Below, piece by piece: positions 11,901-24,600 of a stretch of DNA of 64,000 nucleotides (its first letter is position 1; the number at the start of each line of letters is the position of its first letter). The stretch is from NCBI RefSeq assembly GCF_036971445.1, contig NC_091480.1, positions 6,634,001-6,698,000 of the forward strand. Reading direction: 5' to 3'. Both the position numbers and the translations under genes were made by a program. The DNA is from Narcine bancroftii. Its lineage: Eukaryota. Below the pieces are notes generated by a model. That model made no database searches. It worked only from the letters and a program-made list of their open reading frames with translations, and was not told the origin of the DNA.

Positions 11901-14900
11901 GATACTTACAGTATATCTGTCAGGCCTGAGCCTTTCCTCAAGGTACTTACAGTATATCTTATACACTTATACAATGTATATTTATACAGTATATCTGTCA
12001 GGCCTGAGCCCTTCCTCAAGGTACTTACAGTATATCTTATACATACAGTATATCTGTCAGGCCTGAGCCCTTCCTCAAGGTACTTACAGTATATCTTATA
12101 CATACAGTATATCTGTAAGGCCTGAGGCCTTCTTCAAGGTACTTACAGTATATATTATACACTTATACAGTGTATACTTATACAGTATATCTTTACCTCC
12201 GACGGATGAAGTGAAACCTGCTGAGTTCCTCCAGTATTTCTGTGCTTTTGCTCCAATCACGGTGTCTACAGACTGCTGTGTTTCACCTCATAACCAATCA
12301 AGTTCATCATACCCACTGGAAAATTTTGGTTAAGCCACTTTGGAGTATTGCATCCAGTTCTGGTCACTGCATGGCAGGAAGGACGTGGCGGCATCAGAGA
12401 GGATGAAGATGGGAGCTTGCTGGGATGTTGTCTGGATTGGAGTGTGTGAGCTATCAGATTGGACAAATGAAGCATTGGAAGCTGAGGAAGTACGCATCAC
12501 AGTTAGCACAATGAACCTTTCCAGCATCCTTCCTACAGCTGCGGTGCATGAGGTGTTTTTATTTATCTTTCCAACTTTGCACTAGTAACGATTGTCCAAC
12601 CTCTAACTGCCCCTGTGATGGCTGTTGGAAAGAAACAATTCTTGAACCTAGAGGTGCTGGACTTCAGGCTCCTGTACCTTCTGCCTGAAGATAGCAGTGA
12701 GAAGAGGTTGCATTTGCCCACAGGCCAGACCAGGCAAGGACAGCCGATTTTCCTCCTGTATGATGTTCACATAACAGATGGGAATCTTTACAACAACTTG
12801 GTAGATTTATGGTTGCGAATACTAATTTTAGCTGTTTTTTAAAAAAAATATACAATTTCCATAGCGACCATGGTTAGATTTGAACTTGAGTCACTTTCTC
12901 CTGGTTTTTGGGATTCCACACAGCTAATATGAAAGCCAAGTGGCCTGTTGTACTGTGAGTGTCTGGAATCCTCAAATGTACAGAATTCTAGGCTTGACTC
13001 ACAACTTGCTTTTTTTTAATGGTTACTTAAGAGAGATGGCCATCACAGACTGAACCAACATTTAATTGCCCTTCTTGTGTCAATGGAGGATTCCAAACCC
13101 CACTAATGCTGCCTGACCCTCTGAGTTCCTCCAGCAGATTGTATTTTACCTCTAATTACCCATCCATAATTGCCATTGAGGAGGTAGTGGGGAGCTGCCT
13201 TCTCGAACCACTGCAGTCCAAGTTGTGCGTTCACCCACAAGGCTGTTAGGGAAGGAGTTCCAGGGCTTTGATCCAGCAAGTGAAGGAACGGTGAGATATT
13301 CCCGTCAGGATAGGGTGTGGTGTGGAGGGCAACTTTCAGGGGATGGGGTTCCCTACACCTACTCCTCTTGTCCTTCTAGTGGGTAGAAAGGGTGGGGTTG
13401 GAAGATTCTTGGTGAGTTGCTGCAGTGCCCCCTGTAAATGGTCCAAACTGCTGAGAGATATGGTTAGTTCCTCACCCATTTTTTGGGTGATGAGGTCTGT
13501 TGTGCATCAACTTTGCTTTGATCACGATGAATGCAACTTATAAATAAATCTACTCGCACTATGTTGTGTTTAAGCCGAGAAACATCTTTCTTCATGCCCC
13601 TGACTTCCATGTTCGGATTGGGGATTTCGGTCTGGCTTGCAGCGACATCATCGAGACGTCGGACACTTGGAAATCCAAGACCAAAGGACCTTGTGAGTAT
13701 CGGAGGTGGCAGACTCGTGTTTTCCTGTGGATAGCTCACTTTTCTGTTTGTGTGAGGATTAAACCCCAAAGCAAGAGCAGTTAAACATCTCACAATGCAC
13801 AGTTAACACACTGTTACAGTGCCAGCCACCTGGGTTCAAAACCAGTGCTGTAAGGGGTTTGTTCATTTTCGCTGCGTGCATATGTTTTCTCCAGGTACTC
13901 TGGTTTCCTCCCACCCATCAAAACTTACTGGGGTTGTTGGTTAATTGGGTGGCACTGGCTTGTGGGCCAAAAGGCCCTGCCTGTAACCATGCTGTATATT
14001 TAAATTTAAAACTCGTATTTATCTCATTTTCTGTCTTGGAACATTGTGATAATTTAATTTATACTGTTGGTGTTAAGCTGCAGCAAGTAAGAATTCTGGT
14101 GCATGTGTACATTGGATATGAAAATTTTAACTCGTACACCTCTGTAATCCCTTCATTTGTAGTCTCTCTCCATTTAGATAATACTTTGCCCTTTGATTCC
14201 TTCCTTCTGACCACTACTTTCTTGTCTTTGTCCATCTGCCAAATATCTGCTCAACTGATCTATATCCTGTTGTAGGAGCAGATCTCATCACCCAACAAAT
14301 GAACTTCCCACACCATGGGTGAGGAACTAACGTACCTCTCTTGTTAGTTCACAATATGTAGATTCTTTGTGAAGTTTGCACATTTTCCCACCCAAACAAT
14401 GTATCAAACAAGAGACCAGTCATTTCACACTGAAGTGCATAGGAATTTATTTTTGTACAGTGGAGAAATTCTCTAGAATTTAATTTTTTAAAATTTTACT
14501 TACAACACAGTAGAAGCTGATTCTAGCCACTTAAACCCTTGCTGCCCAATTACACCCGAAAATAGCCTACAATCCCATACATTTGGGGAAACTAGAGCAC
14601 CACATAAACATGGAGAGAACATATAAACTCTTTATAGTCAGCACCAAATTCTCTACCCTGGAAGTAGTAAAGGCGAGATCATCCCTAGTTAAATAGGGAT
14701 ATACATTTTTGAAAGAGTGGGACATTCTGGGCTTTGGGGAACTGGAGGAATTGAGCAGATCAGATCAGCCATGACTGTATTGAATTTCATAGTAGACAGG
14801 AGCTGAGTGGCCGATTCCTGTTTTTTGGGTGTTGTTTTAGTTCATTTCATTTTGCTGACCTTGTTCTTTGGAAACTCTGTTCACCTCTGACACCATTTTA

Positions 14901-17900
14901 GTTCCAGAATTGGCACATGATAACTTTCCAAACTCAACTCTCAAGTTCAGCAATTTCAGAAACTTGCTATTTGCAATAACACCACCCATAGAACCACTTC
15001 TATTGCTTCAGTTACCATCTCCATTGCTCTACATCTTAACATCTACTTATTTACTACACAGGTGAAGCTGATTCAGGCCATTGAAACTTGTTCTGCCCAA
15101 TTAACCTTCCAACCCTGTATGTATCGGAAGGGTGAGAGGAAACCAGATCACCTGGAGAAAATCTATGCAGTCTTTGAGCAACCATCTGCTCTTGCGCACT
15201 CCTAGGAAGTTTGTGTCATATTTTGAAGTACTTTAGAACATAAGAAATAGGAGCAGGAGTCGGCCATTCAGCCTGTCGAGCCTGATGATGGACTTATCCC
15301 CATCTATTCAACCTGATCTTAAATATATTTGCTGAAGTCACCTCCACTACATCAATGGGCAGCAAATTCCACAGATTCACCACCTTCTGGGAAAAGCAGA
15401 CCCTCCTCATCTCTGTCCTAAATCTACTACCCTGGATCTTGAGGCCGTGTCCCCTAGTTCTGGTCTCCCTCACCAATGGAAACAATGTATCTACCTCAGT
15501 CTTATCTAAGCCTTTCATAATTTTATGTTTTCATAGGATCCCCTCTCATTCTTCTAAATTGCAGTGAGTACAGTCCCAGACAACTAATCTCTACTCATTG
15601 GTCAACCCTCTGCCCCATCTCTGGAACCAACCTGGTGAACCTCCTCTAAATCTTTCCTCAACTAAGACCAGAACTCTACGCAGTACTCCAGATATGGTCT
15701 CACCAGTACCTTGTACAGTTGCAGCATAACCTCCCTGATCTTAAATTCAGTCACTCGAGCAATGAAGGCTTCTTGACAGCCTGCTACACCTGCAAACCAA
15801 CCTTTTGCGATTCATGCACAAGCAATTCTTCTATGTCCTCTTTCCATCCAGATTCAAAACACACCTCAGGAGTTGGAACCTGTCTGTATGCCTCGCCAGA
15901 ACAACTAGAAGGCTCCCAATACGATTTTAAGGTACACGTTTATTTTAAAACAGAGCTGTTATTTCATTGCTATTTATAATGCATGCATTTACCTGGTTGA
16001 CATTCTAACAGCAAGAACTGCTGTCTCACAGTCGCAACAACCCAGGTCCAATCCTGACCTCCAATGCTGACTTTGTGAAGTTTGCACATTCTCCCACCCA
16101 AGCACTCCGGTTGCCTCCCACATCCCAGAGACATGCGGGTTAAAACATAGAACAGTACTGCACAGGAACAGGCCCACAAAGCTTGCCCTGAACATGTTGG
16201 ATTCGTAGAGCAATTGGTCACTGTAAATTTACCTAGAATATGGGAGAGGAGTAGAATCTGGTGGGGAAAGAGTTCAATGGGACCGTGAGGAGAATAAATA
16301 GGTGGTTTAGTGTCAGTAAAGACCATGGCACAAGGTGAAACATGAAAATCTGCAGACATTGATTTTGCAGTTAGAAATGCTGGAGGAACCTAGGACTCAC
16401 AGCGAGACCTGCTAAGTTCCTTCAGCAATTTTGTTTTTATTAAAACATTAACGCCACAGTCCACTATGTTGTGCTAACCTATAGAAACCTACTCCCCAAC
16501 TCACATCCATAACCCTCTAATTTTCTTACTTATTCTGAGCTGTATTACTTTAGATTTTTACAGTTGGGGTATGAGATTGCAAGATATGTTTTAGGTTGAA
16601 GAGATCAAAACACTTAAATGCTTGAAAGATCTGAGAACAGGGCTCAGAGGATGAACATAGGTTGAAGGAATTGGACAACTCGGTGTTGTAATATGTATCT
16701 CTCTGCTCTTTCAGTCGGATATGTACAGTGTTGGCATCATTTTACTGGAACTCTTTCATCCATTTGGGACTGTAATGGAAAGGGCAACTGTTATCACAGC
16801 ACTTCGAGAAGGCCACATCCCAGAGGACTTTGCGCGACAGTGGCCTGTACAGGCCAAATACATCAAGATGCTAACCAGCAAATTTGCCTCCCTCAGGCCA
16901 AGTGCAGATGAGATGTTGTCCTGTGAGCTCTTCTGTCCTCTCAAGGTGAGGGTCAAAACCTTGGCGCATTCCATGTTTTTGAATCTCTGCGGCAGGTACT
17001 TTGCATTCAGAATGCTTTGCCAACACTCTGAAAACCGTAATCCATTGAGGATGAGCAAATAAAATCTATGTCCTTTCTCAAACCAACACTGTGTTGAGGC
17101 TTCAGACTTAGAACATTACAGTACAGGCTCTTTGTCCCACGATGTTGTGCCAACCTATCTATACCTACCTTTTTTAAAAAAAAACAGAAACCCTCCTGAC
17201 CTCATAATCCTCCATTTTTATTTCATCTACCTGCCTGCCTTAAGAGTTTTTTAAAAAAATATGTTCCAGCCTCCACCATCACCCCGGTAATGTATTCCAG
17301 GCACCCACAACTCCTTTTAAAAAAAACTTACCTCTACACTTTCCTTCCTTCATTCAGTACACATGTCCTCTGGTGGTTGTCTCTCCTGCCCTGGGGACAA
17401 GGTGCTGGCTGTCCACCCTATCTATGTCTCTCATAATCTTGTAGACCTCTCAAGTCACTTTCCAAACAGCATCAAGAGAGAAATTACCAGGCACATGAGG
17501 AAAGGATCCAAGGATGTTTTCAGAACTTTCTTGGAGAAAGTAATAACATCATCTCCCAGTCTCAGGAGTCCCTAGTTCACTCAGTTAGAGAAGGAGCACT
17601 GAGAAACCTGAATCCATGTATTGGGAGCATGCAGAACCCCAGGATTACCAACAGACATCTCACTCATGTCCAGATCACTATCCCATCAGCTATATCCTGA
17701 GTTCCTGTGAAAAAGGCTGTGATTTCTCATTGACCTCAAGCACCTCAGACGAGCAGAAACATAGCAAGGTCAAACCGTACATGCTGTTGTATAGGATGGC
17801 CTTGGAATTTCCACCTAAAATAAGTGATATCCTTTATAAGACACCACCCACCCCCCCAAAAAAAAATCAGGCACTTACTGCTGACCAGTGGATGCCGTTA

Positions 17901-19435
17901 TAAAAACAAATCACAATATTTTAATAAGAAATGATCATTTAAAGGTTTAAATTTTATTTGGATATTTTAAAATAAACCAGTTGGCTCCTGTAAAAGGCCA
18001 TTTAAAGCCTGTACAGAGTCGACGGCAATCGGACTGGGCGGATGGATCCTGCGGGGGAATGCTGAGACTTTGCAAATAACTAATTGGGCATGCGCTATTG
18101 TGTTGAAGATGGTGGCAGTGTTGCAACTTTTTTGTCAAGGTAAAAAATTTTCTTCTTTTTTTCTTTGGCTTGGCTTCGCGGACGAAGATTTATGGAGGGG
18201 GTAAAAGTCCACGTCAGCTGCAGGCTCGTTTGTGGCTGACAAGTCCGATGCGGGACAGGCAGACATGGTTGCAGCGGTTGCAGGGGAAAATTGGTTGGTT
18301 GGGGTTGGGTGTTGGGTTTTTCCTCCTTTGCCTTTTGTCAGTTTATATAGGATAGCCCCCTCATTTTAAGGTGAAATGTTTACGTTTCATGATCGTCCTA
18401 TACAACGGTATACAAGTATGTCAAGGCTTGGTTTCTTCCGGACTTATACCACCTACATTAAAAAAAATCATTACGCAAGTTAAAAACAAGGACGTTATTT
18501 AAATGTGCTGTGGGCCCATTGAGTTGGCTGTCTAGCTGATAATGTATTCCTTAGTCAATGTCATCATCGGAGCTGAACAGCACAGGAAAAGATCCTTTGG
18601 ACCACTGGGTCCACACCAAAAAAAATTGGCCAGAATTTTATTGTCGTTTGGATCTTGCTGTGCACAAATTGGGTGCGACATTTTAAAGCAAGCCTTTTTC
18701 AATGGCCCTCGACAGACCCCACTGGGGGGGGGCCCACAGCACATTTAAGTAAAAGCCTTTTCACTTCGTGTGACATTTTTTATGTAGTCAGAAGTATGGA
18801 GGAAACTAAAACTTGACTGCATTGCAGGGAAAAGGCCCCATAAACTTTGAGCAGAGTCCTGGTTTGGGAGGGGTGGGGCATAGCCAATAAAAGGTTGAGA
18901 ATGGCTGATTTAAATCAGAAGCACTTGCCTCTTGGGGAATGGGGCAATTTCACATGGATTATTTGGCCAGCTTTTCTCTCGCATGGATTTAATGTCCCTA
19001 GAAATTTGAGAGCTCAAAACTATTTACAATGAGAAAATGAGTAAAACACGAAAGTTTGCAGACACTGTGGTTGAAGTAAAAACACAATACTGGCGAAACT
19101 CAGTAGGTCAAACAGTGGACTTTATGTAGCAAAGATAAAGATACAGAACCAATATTTCAGGCTTGAGCTCTTCAAGGTAAATGAGAACCTGGACTTGAAT
19201 TCTAAAAGCTCCATGATGTCTGCATTTTGTTTCACTGGTTTTCTTCTCTTCCTCCTACACACAGGTCACTCCAGAACAGAAATTAGTGACCCAGGAACAA
19301 GAAATTAAATGTTTACAACAGAAAGTGGTCGACCAGGAAGAAGAAATCCGACAGCTCAAGGAACAAGTCAAGTTACTGGCCAGGGAGAGGGGAAGCATCC
19401 AGAGACCTTCACAATTTCCCAGAGAAATTCTCTAA
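2977..19435 (+). CDS. EIF2AK1: Heme-regulated eIF2-alpha kinase (HRI), last six coding exons; 5' part lies upstream of the window
   Basis: GT-AG, phase-compatible exons: 2977-3085 ([20 protein letters not shown]), 3466-3572 ([23 protein letters not shown]), 13575-13692 ([17 protein letters not shown]), 15852-15931 ([16 protein letters not shown]), 16715-16945 ([18 protein letters not shown]), 19265-19435 (coiled-coil tail, TAA). HRI-type motifs, and adjacency to AIMP2/ANKRD61 as in human. Confidence 0.95.
3850..4200 (+). mobile_element. CR1-type LINE 3' fragment
   Basis: [46 protein letters not shown]. Confidence 0.8.
6327..6580 (+). mobile_element. tRNA-derived V-SINE (representative copy; others at ~2000-2210, 5540-5750, 10130-10330, 33700-33930, 41390-41610, 61140-61360)
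   Basis: tRNA-like head GGCAGCACGGTTAGAGTAGCGGTTAG and V-domain-like GTTCTCCC..GCTCCGGTTTCCTCCCAC. Confidence 0.75.
6646..11285 (-). CDS. ANKRD61: Ankyrin repeat domain protein 61, 3 exons, ~437 aa, nested antisense in an EIF2AK1 intron
   Basis: Exons 11285-11085 ([17 protein letters not shown]), 9689-9595 ([32 protein letters not shown]), 7663-6646 (ankyrin repeats, [17 protein letters not shown]). Phases 0 and 2 join in frame. AATAAA on minus strand at 6608-6603. Same nested position as in human. Confidence 0.92.
7724..8413. mobile_element. Tc1/pogo(Tigger)-type MITE
   Basis: TA|CAGGTACTCCT...AGGAGTACCTG|TA terminal inverted repeats with TA TSD; internal inverted arms ~7951-7992 and ~8212-8254. 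Confidence 0.8.
11730..12190. repeat. Minisatellite (about 7 variable 40-75 bp units) inside a Penelope-derived palindrome (11652-12285)
   Basis: Repeated CCTGAGCCCTTCCTCAAGGTACTTACAGTATATCT..; flanks GGAGGAACTCAGCAGG and CCTGCTGAGTTCCTCC are inverted. Confidence 0.9.
15300..15830 (-). mobile_element. CR1-type LINE 3' fragment
   Basis: [29 protein letters not shown]. Confidence 0.8.
17775..18416. mobile_element. Tc1/Tigger-type MITE, copy 1
   Basis: TIR-like CCGTACATGCTGTTGTATAGGA...TCCTATACAACGGTATAC; body nearly colinear with 53434-53911. Confidence 0.75.
18151..18342 (-). mobile_element. RTE 3' end inserted into a MITE
   Basis: Tail CCGCGAAGCCAAGCCAAAGAA on the minus strand; segment absent from the sister MITE copy at 53434-53911. 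Confidence 0.7.
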
Positions 19436-21687
19436 TTTTGCATCCTTGCCACCTAAATTTACTTGAATGCCTTGTATATCATAATGCTGTGCATGGTTTG
19501 AATGTATGGGTTTATTTAACTGAACTGATGTGATGGATTAAAAATCAAAATGATTGATTAGTCAAATTTATAGTTATCTGATTGTACAAGTACAACCTGA
19601 CAAATCAGCATTCTCCGATCCTCTGTGGAAAACATGCTGACACACAACCAGACATGACACACATAAACAATACATTTGCAGGACTAGTATTTCATATTTA
19701 CAAATAAATACATAGATCTTGTTTCATATGTGTCTCAGATGGTTAGTGTGAGTTCCTTTAATTGTTCCTCGAACACTAAATGAAATAATAAACTTGAAGA
19801 TTGTGTCTTCAAATCCCACTCCAGAGATTTGAGCAAAGTCAAGTGTTTTAATAAATGCAGAGTTACTTTATGTGATAGTAAAATTCTTGCATTGAATATG
19901 TCTTATAAATTAACATCAGCTGTGCACTCACCTCCAGTCAGGTGACAGGTCTAAGCCTTACTGCAAAGGCAAACACTACATCTTGGTCAACACTGCAGGA
20001 AGGAGAAGACAGTCTACTGGAAGAACTCCGCTGGTCAAGCAGAGTCAGTGGGAGAAAAGAATTGTTGACGTTTTGGGTCGGGGTCCTTCCTTGCGATAGG
20101 ATGCTCCATGACCCCCTGAGTTTCTCCAGCAGACTGTTTTCAAATCAGTCCAGAAAGGTAGCATGTCAAAGGTGCCATCTTGCAGACAAAATACTTGATG
20201 GATTGGAGACTGATGCCCATGATGGCTCTGGCCGAGTTCACAACTCTCTCGTTTTTTTCCTTCCTGTCCTGTGCATTTGGTACTTCCATATGAGACAGTG
20301 ATGCCTCAAGTGAAAATGCCCTCTATGGTTCATCTGTAGAAATTTGCAAGTTTCTTTGGTGACATACCAAATTTCTTCAGAAGTAAAACACGAAAATCTA
20401 CAGATACCATGGTTGAAGTATAAAAAAACCCACAAAGCTGGAGAAACTCAGCTGGTCAGTGTCCTTTATATAGCAAAGGTAAAAATGCATAACCAACGTT
20501 TTGGGCTTGACCCTTCATCAAGGTAACTGATGAAACCCTATACGTCGGTTAAGTATTTTTACCTTTAACAACCATATAACATTTACAATACAGAAACAGG
20601 CCATCTCGGCACTTCTAGTCCGCACCGATTTATGTGAAACTCCACTAATTCCACCTACCTGCTCCCTGCCCATAACCCTCCTACCCCCTCACATCCATGT
20701 ACTCATCCAACCTCCTCTTAAATGACAAAATTGACCCTGCAGCAACCACCTTCTTCCGGAAGGTCGTTCCACTCAGCCACCCCTTTTATCTTTGCTCTAT
20801 AAAGGACACTGTGCTGCTGTGTTTCTCCAGCATTGTGTTTATTTCATTACACTTGCTATATAAAAAGACACTGACCAGCTGAATTTCATCAGCTTTGTGT
20901 TTTTATCAAATTTTTTCACATTCCTCACGAAGTACAGCCACTGGTGAGCCTTCTTTGTGATTGCATCAACATGGAGGTCCCAGAGATGTTGACACCCAAG
21001 AACTTGAAGTTCTCAACTCTTTCCACTGCTGACCCCTCGATGAGGACTGGTTCGTGTTCTGATTTCCCCTTCATGAGGTCCACAATCAGATCCTTAGTTT
21101 TGCTAACTTAGAGTGCAAGGTTGTGTAACCACTCAACCAGATGATCTATCTCCCTCCTGTATGCTTCCTCATAGCAGTCTGTGGTTCTGCCAACAACTAT
21201 GGTGTCTGCACTTTCCACATCCCAAAGACACGCAGGGAGATTAATAGGCTGTCATATTACCTCTGGCATAGCTGGGTGGCAGGAGAAGTAGCAGTGATTG
21301 CTAAGAAGTGAAGGATTATAGGGAATTGAGGAATGTGACAAATAGGATTGATGGCTGACACTTTTACTTTTTTCTACCTTGTCAGAGAATTTAAATTGGA
21401 GATCCAGCATGGTAACTTCCAGCCCACAAGCCTGCACTTCCCAATTAAACCCACATGACCAATTAACCTAATAAACCCGTCTCTTTTGAACGTGGGAGAA
21501 AACTGGAGCACGCAGAGGAAATCCAGTCACAGGGAGAATGTACAAACTCTTTATAGACCGCAGCAGATTCAAACAAATGAAATTTCAATCATAGCCTTTA
21601 AAAATATTTAATGTATTTTAAATAGGTACTTCCTCATATGTAAATATTAATTACAGAAGACTACAGGAGAGGCTTTAGCCATGACAC

Positions 21688-24600
21688 CTACTTGAATTGT
21701 TTCAATGCTAGGTTAAAGCATGCCAGATTCTCACAGCATTTCATCCATCGTTGGATGTTAGCTGGGACGCCTGCAAGCTCCGTCGCCTGCAAGGCACCGT
21801 ACAGCACCACATCAGCTAACGTCAGATCATGTCCCACCACCCAAGGGCTCTTGGCAAGGGCAGAGTTGAGGCAGCGCAGCACCGTTGCTTTCTCCTGTTT
21901 GCTTCCTTTTTTGAGTTGGAAGATGGCAATGTCCACCCAGTTATCGATCTGCGTTGCAGTCACTGCATTGTACGTGTGGCCCAGCAGTGCGAAAAGGAAG
22001 CGGGCAATGTTTCCCTCGCCTTCGATAGAGCACATGCTCTGGATGTTGAACTTCATCTGAGGTTTGGGTACTGCCAAAACAAGTAATAAGAAAAATAACT
22101 CACATGCAGCAGATCCACCCAAGTCAGGTGGGCTAATGCCACACCAAATTGTTCATTGTTATCTAATGGTTACACTGACAAATAGTGGAGCTGACATAAG
22201 AACGAAGACTATACCATTCAGCCCTTCATCCTGAAATAGCCCCAATTTCCTTACTATCTAACACTGAGTATATAAGTGGAAGGTCATGTTGTAGTTATAC
22301 AAGATGTTGGTGAGGCCCCATTTGGACTATCGTGTTCAGTTTTGTCCACTGTGCTACTGGAACTATGTTGTCAAACAGAGGATGTTGCCAGGTCTCGGAG
22401 GGCCTGGGCTGAAGGGAGAGGTTGAGCAGGCTGGGGCTTTATTCCATACAGCACAGGAAGAGGAGGGGTAATCTCTTAAGGTATATAAAATCATATCAGG
22501 TGAACACTAGGAGCCTTTGGCCCAGAGCAGGGGAATTATTAACCTGAGGAAATAGGTTTAAGGTGAAGGGGAGAGATTTAACAGAAACCTGAACCTTTTT
22601 TTGGTTATGGTGCCCCCCCCACCGCCACCTCAAGGACTCTGGTCAAAGTTTATGGGCTCCCTTCCTCGTGAAGCAGTCAAGTTTTGGTTTCTGCTGTACT
22701 TCTCCCCAACCGATGACATTAAGAAAACATTTAAAAATATTTATCTTACACAAGGACAGCATGACATCAATTATAAATGCAAGATATGGACTGGTTCAGT
22801 ATAATTTTTTTTTTACACCAATTATATCTTACCACACGAAAGCTTCACAGATTAAAAGCCAAAATTTCAGAGCTGTGTTTCAGGTGTGGGTCTGAGGAAC
22901 TTTTCTACATGCCACATGGTTGTGCGTAAATGTGAGACCATTTTGGTAAGAAATCGCAGAAAGATTAACCAGAATAACAGGAGTGGCCTTCACGGGCGAC
23001 CCAGAGCTCGATCTACTAGGAAATGTCATGGAAGTAAGCGACAAATTGACCAATTATAAAATCTCATTTATAAAAATAGCACTGGCGGTAGCAAAAATAA
23101 ATGTATCGCAATCACTTGGAAGTCTCCCCTCTACTCAGAGCATGATGGACTGTGGAAATTAACAGCAGTATACCTATGGGGAAGAAATCTCATGCAACTT
23201 AAAGAATAAATATGGCACTTTTGTAAAGGTCTGGCAGCTATACCTGGACCACATAGGGGCCCAGATACAGTAATAAAAAGGAACAAAAAAAGGTTTTAAA
23301 ACTGTTATATATACAAAAACGTCATTTCCCCAACTGTATATACTTAAAATATATATAAGCTCGGATAGTGAACAGATCTGCATATATGGAAGGGAGGGAG
23401 GGACTGCTTTGTTTTTGTTTGTTGTGTTTTTGACCAAAAGTTTAATATATTGTATATTTAAAATGTTATTATATATTTTTTGGAAAAAAAATTTAAAAAA
23501 AGTTCATTGGCCTCAATAGAAGTTTGTTTGACTAAGAGAATGGATGGCAAACTGGATCTTTTTAAATCTTTTTTTTGGTTGGCAAGAGCAGGGTCCCCAC
23601 AGGAATCAGGGTCTCCTCTCAATGTATTACAATTTTTAATCAATGACTAGGAAAATGGCACAAAAGTTTGCTGATTTGCTACAAAGGTGTGAAGAGGTCA
23701 CAAGGAAATTAGAAAGAAATATAGACAGGTGGAGTTCAAATGCAAGGAGATGTGAAATTGTCCATTCTGGCCAACAAAAATAAAAGCAAGGTATGAGAGA
23801 GTGTAGCTCTTGAAATGCAACGGGATCTAGGTGTTCGAGAGCACAATTCTCAAAAGGATGACAGGTTGGTATTCAAGTAATTAGGAAAACTCACAGCATG
23901 TTGTTTATTGAGAGGGGAAATGAGAACAAAAATAGAGAGATGCATCAAAATTTTTAGTTGCTTTCCAGCAATCCTTTTTCCTCTGATTTCCTCGTTTCCC
24001 ACTCTTGAATATACTCTGTAGCTGAGCGCCCACAGCCGTTTCAATGTAGCTTTTCCCAAGCCCAGATCTCTAGAGGGCATTTACGCAAACCCATCATGGA
24101 TCCAAGATGACAGTTAATCTGATTATCCAAATACTACAAGAAACTGCAAGGGGTTGTGTTAGTGGCACAGGCCATAACACAGATTCTCCTCCCCTCCATC
24201 AATTCCATCTACAACTTCCACTGCCTTGGAAAAGCAGCTAACATATTAAAAACTCATCCCAGCCCAGCCACACTCCCTTTTCCCACCTCCTGTCAGGAAG
24301 AAGATTCACATGTGATACCATCAGATTTGAGGACAATTTCTTTCCCACCTTTATCAGATTGCTGAATGTCCCTCAAAATAGTTACATTGTGCTGCCTCTG
24401 CTCTGTATGTACCAAGGGATCTCTCTCTGCAAATCAATCCTGTGTTTTACTTGTTTGTACTATGTACGTCGAGTGGGACTGTTCACCAACCAATCTCTAT
24501 CACTGGATGCGACAATAAACAAACTTTTAACATTATAGAAATGTTAATATTTCTGTAATGAGCTTCATTTGGCTACAGAATTAATGCAAAATTGTAAACC

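Noticed and set aside
11730-12190. Repeat-spacer-like array resembling CRISPR
   Set aside because: Eukaryotic intron; the spacers are variants of one another and there are no cas genes, so it is a minisatellite.
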